Positions 55,593 through 64,000 of a stretch of 64,000 nucleotides of DNA are shown one piece after another. Source of the stretch: Diplonema japonicum (taxonomy: Eukaryota > Protista > Euglenozoa: Diplonemea); NCBI GenBank assembly GCA_964019335.1, contig OZ025674.1, positions 372,001 through 436,000 on the forward strand, written 5' to 3'. Each line of letters opens with the position of its first letter. Within the stretch, counting starts at the first letter, position 1. The notes beneath the pieces are model-generated. The model worked only from the letters and a program-made list of their open reading frames with translations. It was not told the origin of the DNA and searched no databases. The translations under genes and the position numbers were made by a program.

Positions 55593-58500
55593 ATGAGCGA
55601 TTCGCTTTCGCCTCTTTACAAAATGAGCAGCTTCAGTGGGGCGGGGGTTGCCCCGCTGATGAGCCTAGACTATGGCCCGTCCGTGTCGTCGCCTGTCATC
55701 CCGTCGCTCGAGCGCATGACGTCTTTCGACGATCCGATGGTCTCGTTGCGACGGTCTGTAGACACGACCCTATCCTCGCCGAGGGTGCGTCTGGGTGGGG
55801 TCAACTCACCAGCAGAGTACCCCCTCAGTATTCACGGTTCTGAGGTCCATGAGTCCGTCGACCCTCTCACAACCGTAGCAGCACAGCAGCGAGCACTGTA
55901 CGAATCCCGCATGGCCGCCTCTGCACACGAACGCCAAGGACGCAAGCGATACAAAGAAGAGAAACGACGCCAGAAGCAAGACCAGGAGGTGTCCAGGCTT
56001 CAGGAACTGGCGCGCTCCATCGAAATCGACAAGTCGCGTGTTGCCAAGATGACCTTCGACCACATGGTGAAGACAGGGCAGGAGGCGGAGGAGCTGCGCC
56101 GAGAGAAGTGGATGCGCCAAGACGAAGATCGAGAGATACTCAGGGGGAAGCGGGAGAACGAAAGGTGGCGCGAGTTCCAAGAAGAGCGTGAAAAGATGGT
56201 CGATAAAATACAACAACTAGAGAACACAAGCAGACGGAATGATGACGAACGCGACCGTCGGCTGCACAAGCAGTCCGTCGACAAGCTGGAGGAGCTGCAA
56301 CGGCAGAGCGTTAACGAAATGCAGCGCCTGCGCGTTGAGCTGGCGAAGGAGAAGGAGTTCCGCATCGACGCGATCAGGAAGGTGGAGGAGACACAGCGCA
56401 TGATTTCCGACAAGTTAGACTTCGGGCAACTGGAATCCGCACAGGTCTCAGTGCGGGAGAACACCATCCTCAGCAGCGAGCTCAACAACCTGAAGCAGGA
56501 CAAGACTACCTTGCAGCGGCAGGCTGACGATCTGAAAGACGAACTGCGCAACGCGATAAGGACGAAAGACAAGGAAATCCAGAAGCTGCACGACGAAGTC
56601 GCAGGTGAGAAACGGGCACGCATGGGCATGCAAGAAAGGCTGGAAAGAGAGAAACGGGACTTGGAGGACACTCTGCACTCAAAGCAGCGAGACTTCGAGA
56701 CACGCGAATGGAAATTGCAGCAGGAAAACGAGATGGAAAAGAGAAATAAACAAACGCGAGAGGAGGACCTGAACAGGGAGATCGGCCAACTAAGAAGGGA
56801 AATGGAGGAACGGAGTTACTCCAGGTCCAGCAGGGACGTCGAGAAGAACGACATCATCCGTGAGAGGGAAAACCTGCAGCAGCAGCTGAGAACGAGTCAG
56901 GATGAGGCTGCTAGCAAACTAAAAGAGGAACGCGATAAGTCTTCAAAGGAGCTCATGAGCCTTCAGAGGGAACTCATCACACTGAAGGAGCGTGAGACAG
57001 CCACGCAAAGTAGACTAGACATGGAGAAGGAACGCTACACAGCCCTGGTGGGAGACACCACGGAGTTGAAGACTAGCAAGCACGAGTTCGAGGAAAAGCT
57101 GCGTACGCTTACTGAGCAGTTGCAGGAGGGGAAGTGGGAGCTGCAGAAGTGCAAAGACGAAAAAACGCAACTGGAGAGATCAAAGGTAGAGATTGAAGCA
57201 CAGCTGAAAGCAAAGGATGCAGAGCTGAGAAGCAAGGACACACTTCTAGTAAGCACAAGCAGCAAGGTGAAGATGACACAGGAGACCAACCAGGAGAAGG
57301 AGACAACCCTATTCAGACAGATCGAAGATCTGAAACGCGAACTCGAGGAGCAGAAGGGCACCAACAAGACTCTCAACACTGCTGTCGACATGGACAAGTC
57401 GCAGCTGGATGAAGCCAACCAGAAGATCTCAAAGCTGCAAGAGACGAGCACGAAACTGGAAGTTTCCTTGAACACCGCAAAGAACGATGTTGCCGAGAAG
57501 GAGAGAGAACTCACAAAGGTGTCGACAGAACTGCGCCAGCGCAACACTGACATGGCGCAGTTGGTGAACATCAACAAACAGGAGGTGGCTGAGGCGAAGG
57601 AGCAGAACGTTCGGGAAATGCAGCAGAAGGTGTCAGAGTTCAACAGAAGGGAAACTGACTTGAAAGCAAAACTAGAGTCACTAACAGAGGAGTACGCTGC
57701 AACCAGGACAAAAGGTGAGAAAGACAAAGACAAGGAAGCCAACAGATTGCGTGCTGAGATTGACTCGCTCACGGACAAGGAAAGGTCCCTCACTGACAAA
57801 GTGGAGGATTTAGAGAGGACGCAGATCAGGCTGAAAGCTGATGCTGAAAAGGAAAGGAAGGACGCTTTTGGGAAGAATAGAGAGCTGAACTTGCTAACGA
57901 TGGAAGCCAGAGAAGCCAAGATAAGGCTTGAGGTGCATGAAAGCGAGAATGTGGACCTCATGTGGCACTACCACAGCTTCATCACAACCCTGAACAGGGC
58001 GGTGTACGACCAGCGCTCTCAGGGGAACAACGCGAAGACACGCCTACAGGACGACATGGACAGGCTGCGCCTAGACCTTGACAGGGAGAAAGAGAAGGCC
58101 CACCTGCTGGAAAAGGATGTCAATGAGCTGCAGTACAAGCTGCGCGAAGCACATGAGGACAAAACAGTTGAGAAGAGGATACGTGACCTGCGTGCGGAGC
58201 TGGACAGCGAGAGCAGGGAACGAAGCAACGCGGAGAAGGAGGTCCGAAGCTTGAAGCATGACATAGAGATGGAGCGCTCGACAAAAAGCACTAGCAGCCA
58301 GAACCAGCTGATGGAGGCAAACAAGCTGCGGAAAGAGCTGGAAGACGAAGTCAATGACCTCAAAACACAGTTAAAGGAGCGCAGGCCTGTAGCTGCTGCA
58401 GCTGCAGCGGCACCTGCCCCTGCCCCTGCCCCTGCACCGAGTCAGAATAGCTCATCGCAGAAGGACATCCCGCAGTGGCTTGTGATCCGTGCCAGGGCAG

Positions 58501-59321
58501 ACCTGTGCGAGGACCGCCGTGAGTCACTTAGCATTGAGAAGAGCAACGGGCTGTACGTGCTGGTTCCCGGTGGCTTGTGTGAAGCAGTGAAAGACGCAGC
58601 AGGGACACGCGCTTCGTGGGCATCTTCGAACTGCATGTGGGAACGGCAGCTGCCCTCGCAGAGGTGGCTGTACTCGTCACGACGCGGTGCTTGGAAGGTC
58701 ACAGACGGCATCCGCAGCGACGGAAGCTTCAACCTGGCAGCAGAAGTGGACGATGGGCTGTCCTTCGAGCACCTCACGAAGGACAAGGACCCGCACAACG
58801 GGATCATGCCGCAGGACTTCAAACGCTGGTGCAACGGGGTCACAGTGGAGGTGCCGCCAGAGGAACTGATGGTGACCGCAGACAAAACGGCAAGCAGCGG
58901 GAAATACAAGATCATCCCTGCAAAGGTGGTGAACGGGTGGCCGGTGTGGCGCATGGAAAGGGCGAGCAGGTGGCTGTACAACACGCAAGATGGGGCGTGG
59001 CAGATCACAGACTCGGAAGGCGACTTCTCAAAAGGCGGGGGCCTACTACTGGGGGCAAGACACAACGGTATCCTGCCCAACCTGGTCACGTGGGATGCGG
59101 GTGTCACTGTCTCTTTGGTATGGAAAAAGAATATTTCCTATTCTTTTGTAAATCCACACAGTTCGCTGTTGGCGAGAACGTTCGCATGCGCGACAGGGAG
59201 TCGGAAGAGTGGCAGCGTGGCATCGTAGATGCTATCCACACCAACGGGAGGCCCCTTGTGAAGGTCAACGAGTACTCGAAGGGCTTCCAATGGTTGTTTG
59301 TTGAGAAAGTGGTATGCAAAA

Positions 59322-59352
<31 letters not shown>

Positions 59353-59827
59353 CTCTCCTAGAAGTCCGACGAGTCAACAAAGACAGAGAATACCCCGCAC
59401 CTCATGACAGAAATCAAGGCTCTGAAGGCAAAGTTGGAGCAGGTATTTTTTTTTTTTTTTTTTAAATTCTTTTTTTTAACTACAGAACGACAAGATTCTA
59501 CGGGACAAGGAGGAGCTTCTGAAAGAGGAGCGGGAGAGGAGTGAGGACGGGAAACGAAAGTTGTTGATCGCCAATAACAAGATAGAAGAATTGGAGAGAG
59601 AGATCAAGCTGGGGGCAAACAGCGGCAGCAGCAGGGCGGGTTCTGGATCCTCGAACTTGGAGGCAAAGCTGAAGGAGGAAATAGAACGCAGATTAGACTG
59701 CGAGAGACAGGCAGCTCAGTTCAAAGAGGCCAAAGAGAGGAACGAACAATTGTTGATGAATCTGTACGAGGAGAAACCGAAATTAGAGCAACGCATTAAA
59801 GAGCTTGAAAAGCAGCTGGGGATATAA
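55593..59827 (+). CDS. Large coiled-coil protein; exons 55593-59117, 59162-59311, 59362-59442, 59486-59827
   Basis: Long heptad region, two Trp-rich modules and a Tudor/SH3-like module. GT-AG introns 59118-59161, 59312-59361 and 59443-59485 (44, 50, 43 nt; all phase 0) join the ORF pieces. Confidence 0.82.
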
Positions 59828-60561
59828 AAAAGCGTGGCACCCTCCCCGCCCCTCATTAGTTCAAAATCAGTTTTTTTTTTTTTTTTTTTTTTGTCGAGCA
59901 ACGAAACTATTATTGTTTCTCGAGCGTTGACTTGAAAAAAAAACCTTTTTTTTTTCTTCTTCCGCGGATAGGACGAAAAGGTTCCTTTGAAAAAAAAAAA
60001 AAAAAAAAAAACCCTCCCAAAACCCCCCTCATGCAATTTCTTTTGTATCTTTGTTTCTTTTTTCTGCACAACAAAAAGAGTCTGGTTCACACAGAGAATC
60101 GATCAATCAAACAACAAAAGGGATCTTTCCATTTTCCATTTTTTTTTCCTTTTTTTTTTTTTTTTTGACGGAACTGCAGAGGCGGCAAGTACAATCCATT
60201 GAAGGGTGCTTCAACTCTCGAAAGGGAAAAATCACCCGGAATCCTAAGCTAGGACCATGCAGTGCTTTAAGACCTCCTGTTTCTTTCTTCTCTGATACAA
60301 GTTCTTATATTTGACAAAAAAAAGAAAATGGAAGGTGGTGAATGCCAAGGAGGGATACCCTTTCTCTGGTAAATAGCTCGAATTTTATTTTCCTCTGTCA
60401 TTTTCCCCTCCATCCTCTGCTCTTTTTTTTTTTTTTTCTTTTTCTTTTCCCCCCCCTTCTTCAAGGTCAATTTTCAATTCTCAAAATGAAATACGAAAGC
60501 TCCATTCCTTCAAAAAAAGAAAAACAAAAGTAATACCACAAAGAACAAAAGGAAAAGAGAG

Positions 60562-61047
60562 ATGTTCAGAAGATGGGCCTCAACAGCCATAAGAAGAAAC
60601 AGACTAGGAGGGGGCAAAAGCGGAAAAATATCGGTAACAAGAAGCAAACTAGAAGCAAGGTTAGGCGAGATAACTGACAGTCTTGACGGCTTGGAGTACG
60701 AGCCTGGAGCGAAAGCCTGGCTCGAGAAATATGAAAAAACTGCGCGACTTTATGAGTCGTTTCTAATCAGCTCAGAAGAGGAGAGGAGGAGGCACTCTGA
60801 TGCCAACAGACAGAAGCTTGACTACTGGTTCCGTCCAAGAATACGAGAAGTGGACAACTGGTTCGGCATCGTCGTCGCTAAGCGAGCCGACCATCTTCAA
60901 CAAAACCCCACCACCTCATCCACCGACAGCAACAACAACAACAACAGCCCTGCGATTACAACCCCGTCCCTTACGAACACTGATGTGTACAGAATGTGGC
61001 GTGCCAAGGGCCGCCCGCATGCGAACCACGGTCTTCCGGGGTATTAG
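60562..61047 (+). CDS. Hypothetical protein with mitochondrial presequence-like N-terminus
   Basis: MFRRWASTAIRR start, clean ORF and A-rich leader. Confidence 0.7.
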   Translation: MFRRWASTAIRRNRLGGGKSGKISVTRSKLEARLGEITDSLDGLEYEPGAKAWLEKYEKTARLYESFLISSEEERRRHSDANRQKLDYWFRPRIREVDNWFGIVVAKRADHLQQNPTTSSTDSNNNNNSPAITTPSLTNTDVYRMWRAKGRPHANHGLPGY

Positions 61048-61167
61048 TTAGTAGTTCTTTCCCTCTTTTTCTCTTTTTGTTCTTTTTTTTTTTATGAAAG
61101 ATAGTATATTAGGGTGTTGCTGGGGGAGAGGGGGGTGTTTTCTTCTTTTTTTTTCTAGAATTTAACA

Positions 61168-62379
61168 ATGCCGCGTACAGCCTCCCCCCGTGTGGCTTCT
61201 CCCCGTATGGCCTCCCCCCGTGTGTTTACCCCCCGCGTTGCCTCCCGAGCTCGCCCTGCATCTCCCAGCGCGCGTAGCGGTCATGGACACACTCGATCAC
61301 CAGGTGCAGGAGACCGCAGTTCATGCTACCGATGCACGTCTCATGGGCGGCCTCGGTCGAAGTCGCCTACACTGTCCTCAAGGCCTCAGTGGGTGCAGCC
61401 ACAACCAAGCAGACCACCCCCTTCCCAGCCACGGGTCGGCAGACACAAGGCACTCGACGCAGAGTGGGCCATCAGCACCGACATCTTAACGTCAGCGCAG
61501 TACCCAAACTGGACTCTCAGCAAGGAAGAGCGGAAGGTCAAAGCACTGCCAAGCAAACCAGACGCAGGGCCCGTCGCAGGGCAGCCGGCCGACGCCAGGC
61601 CTGCGAAATCCTTTAACAAAGAGATGACCTCGTACCCCAACTGGACACTGAGTGGCGAGGAGGGCAGCAAGCCTCAGAAGAGAACAAACAGCCCTGCGAA
61701 GCGGTACTGGAACAGGAACGACGATATCGAGGGCAGCAGACCTGCGATAGGGAAGTTCTCGCCTCGCAATCAGAAGATCATGGCGGACCCGTGGCCGGAC
61801 AGGGCGACTTGCCCCGTGCAAGGAGGTCACAACAAGCAGGTTACAAACACGATCAAGGCCAATGAGGATATGAAGAAGCTGCAGATCGACGGCAGAGGAC
61901 GGCTGCTTCCAGAGAACGACCACCAGCTGTACAACAAGGAGCGGGGCACGCTGCGTACGAAAGAAATCGAGCGGTTCAGGGACGGGAGGTACGTCACAAC
62001 AGAGGTGGTGACACACCGCAGCCCGGGCCCTGCAAGAGGAAGCTTCCAGGAGAAGCACGACTCACCCCGTGCCGTAAGGACCTCGTCGTCGCTGTGCACG
62101 AACGACATCGAAGGGGCACGGCCGCGCACTCCCCGCAACAGGACGTCCTCACCTTCGACATCGCTGCGGACTATGGACATTGAGGGCGCACAGCCACGTG
62201 CCACACCACCCCGCACACGCCCCCAACAGCCACCCGTCGACACAGGCAGGACATCGAGGAATTCAACCCCCGTCCGCCGCCCCCCGCCTCCCCAGTCCCC
62301 CCGTGGCGCAACACCAGCACGGCAATCACCTTCCCAGAGCCACGCCACGATCTTTTCTTCTCAGATCACTTTTTTCTAG
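61168..62379 (+). CDS. Basic Pro/Arg/Ser-rich protein with DIEGxxP and YPNWTLS repeats
   Basis: Clean 403-aa ORF with ASPR repeats, three DIEG(S/A)xP copies and two YPNWTLS copies. Confidence 0.75.
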   Translation: MPRTASPRVASPRMASPRVFTPRVASRARPASPSARSGHGHTRSPGAGDRSSCYRCTSHGRPRSKSPTLSSRPQWVQPQPSRPPPSQPRVGRHKALDAEWAISTDILTSAQYPNWTLSKEERKVKALPSKPDAGPVAGQPADARPAKSFNKEMTSYPNWTLSGEEGSKPQKRTNSPAKRYWNRNDDIEGSRPAIGKFSPRNQKIMADPWPDRATCPVQGGHNKQVTNTIKANEDMKKLQIDGRGRLLPENDHQLYNKERGTLRTKEIERFRDGRYVTTEVVTHRSPGPARGSFQEKHDSPRAVRTSSSLCTNDIEGARPRTPRNRTSSPSTSLRTMDIEGAQPRATPPRTRPQQPPVDTGRTSRNSTPVRRPPPPQSPRGATPARQSPSQSHATIFSSQITFF

Positions 62380-62465
62380 TATTCTAGTACTGTATAGATA
62401 GTTTGTATTTATAGTTTTTTTTTTTTCTTTTTCTTTTCCAACCCTACTTTAAATCTTCAGGGAAA

Positions 62466-64000
62466 ATGGCGAAGGCTAGGAGTAGGGAGGCGAGGGCCGC
62501 TGCCGCCAAAGCACAAAAGCACAGCGGCCCTGTGGACACCACCAATCCAGAGGTCGCTATGTGGCACAAGTCGAAGAAGCAGCGAGCACATGAGAAGGCG
62601 GAGAAGCGAAAGGAAAAAGAGCGAAAAAGCAAAGAGGCGCTCAAGAGGCTTGCAGAACAACAGATCCTGCTTGCACAAAGGAAGGAGGTAGTGGATAAGG
62701 AAAAGAAAGAGGAACAAGATGCGAAGACGGAAAGGAAGAAGAAGATCATGAGCGAGAGAAGCGAGGTGCAAAGGAAGAGGGGCGTGATGAACAAGGCTGT
62801 TAACAGGTCGGTGCTGGACTACCAGCAGATGCTTCAAGAAGACAACATCACAAGGCAGGAGAAGGAGAGCAAACAGAAGATGGCTGATAACGAAATGACG
62901 TTGCGGAGGATCGCAGAAGAAGAACTTGCGTACGAGGAGAGGAAGGCAAGAGGTGAGGAGTTGCTACCGTGCAACACTAGCGTTGTGACAGTGAACAGGA
63001 CGGAAGAGCTGGAGTACGGGAGGAGACTGCTACCTATCTTGAACATGGAGCAGGAAATCATGGAGAGCATCAATGGGCTCACGTCGAACGCTCTGGTCCT
63101 GTGCGGTGAGACGGGAAGTGGTAAGACCACCCAGTTGCCGCAGTTCCTCTGGGAAGCAGGCTACGGGCACACCGGGACGGGTAAGAGCCAAGGCATGATC
63201 GGCGTGACACAGCCCAGAAGGGTCGCTGCTCGTAGCATCGCGCAACGTGTGGCGGAAGAACTCAACGTAGACTTCGGGAAGGAAGTGTCATACCAGGTGA
63301 GGTACGACCACAACCTGAGCAGCGACACCAAGGTGAAGTTCATGACAGAGGGCATCCTCCTGAAGGAGATCCAGGCGGACATCGCCCTCCGTCAGTACAG
63401 TGTCATCATCCTCGACGAGGCACACGAGAGAAGCGTTGCCACCGATCTTTTGCTCGGCCTCCTCACACGTATCGTTCGCCTCCGCTGGGAGATGAAAGAG
63501 CAGCTCTCCCCCTTGAAGCTCATTATCATGTCCGCTACACTGCAAGTGTCCACTCTATCCGAGAACACAACGCTTTTCCCTATCTCACCAAAGATCATCA
63601 ACGTGGAGGCCAGGCAGTTCCCCGTCACGAAGCACTTCGCCAAGACCACTGACACCGAGCAGTACGTCGAGAAGGCTGTCCACAAGGTGCAGCAAATCCA
63701 CACGAAACTGCCGCCAGGCGGTATTCTTGTTTTCATGCCGACGCAGCGCACCATCGAGCAGTGCGTGGCGAAGGTCAAGCAGCACTTCATGAACACGAAG
63801 TGCAAGTACTCCGCTAACGAATGGAAAGCAAAGAAGGAAGACTGGGTCGCAAGGAAGGACAAGGCCATGAACGACCACGAAGACCGTGCCAAGGAGATGG
63901 GCGCAGACGAGTACGGGATGACCTTTGAGGACTACGAGCTCCCGGACATGGGCGACGAGACTCAACAAGAGAACTCGGGAATGAAGGACGACTTCTTGGA
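62466..64000 (+). CDS. DHX37: DEAH-box RNA helicase DHX37/Dhr1 (3'-truncated by the window edge; absent from the ORF track)
   Basis: LPILNMEQEIME, GETGSGKTTQLPQFLWEAGY, TQPRRVAA, DEAHER, MSATL, ARQFPVTKHF and LPPGGILVF. Confidence 0.9.
   Translation, partial: MAKARSREARAAAAKAQKHSGPVDTTNPEVAMWHKSKKQRAHEKAEKRKEKERKSKEALKRLAEQQILLAQRKEVVDKEKKEEQDAKTERKKKIMSERSEVQRKRGVMNKAVNRSVLDYQQMLQEDNITRQEKESKQKMADNEMTLRRIAEEELAYEERKARGEELLPCNTSVVTVNRTEELEYGRRLLPILNMEQEIMESINGLTSNALVLCGETGSGKTTQLPQFLWEAGYGHTGTGKSQGMIGVTQPRRVAARSIAQRVAEELNVDFGKEVSYQVRYDHNLSSDTKVKFMTEGILLKEIQADIALRQYSVIILDEAHERSVATDLLLGLLTRIVRLRWEMKEQLSPLKLIIMSATLQVSTLSENTTLFPISPKIINVEARQFPVTKHFAKTTDTEQYVEKAVHKVQQIHTKLPPGGILVFMPTQRTIEQCVAKVKQHFMNTKCKYSANEWKAKKEDWVARKDKAMNDHEDRAKEMGADEYGMTFEDYELPDMGDETQQENSGMKDDFL

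Noticed and set aside
2820-62460. Numerous short Lys/Phe-rich ORFs and long minus-strand ORFs
   Set aside because: These come from stop-free homopolymers or are antisense shadows of + strand genes and LINEs.
1-64000. tRNA, rRNA, snRNA or spliced-leader RNA genes
   Set aside because: No convincing cloverleaf or conserved rRNA/SL motif was seen by eye. tRNAscan-SE and Infernal would be needed to exclude them.

Overview
Eukaryotic DNA, most likely a euglenozoan and probably a diplonemid (inference). All ~17 protein genes lie head-to-tail on the + strand, as in a polycistronic cluster. Unlike in trypanosomatids, several carry cis-introns, and HGPRT ends in a PTS1 (-AKL). Genes: patatin TAG lipase, PRMT3, MAP2K, PH-domain PAK/STE20 kinase, TM RING-H2 ligase, mitochondrial ribosome recycling factor, UPF0126/TRIC protein, divergent mitochondrial carrier, HGPRT, PAN+GT31 glycosyltransferase, a large coiled-coil protein, DHX37 and several unknowns. 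Non-coding DNA is full of A/T/G/C homopolymers and transposon relics, including four related APE-RT LINE lineages, a MITE and hairpin/inverted-repeat elements. Highlights: (1) two tandem hammerhead ribozyme candidates (47334-47789) with a non-circularly permuted topology, where the GUC cleavage strand lies inside the stem II loop; compensatory changes support the fold and the unit is linked to a LINE 3' UTR; (2) 38-65 nt introns, many filled with poly(A) up to the 3' AG, and all 11 well-supported ones are phase 0; (3) a repeat family whose ends look like tyrosine-recombinase attL/attR sites, next to a long hairpin with GCGAAGC mini-hairpins; (4) a 2A-like peptide ahead of a LINE endonuclease. 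All calls were read by eye; no database search or folding program was run.
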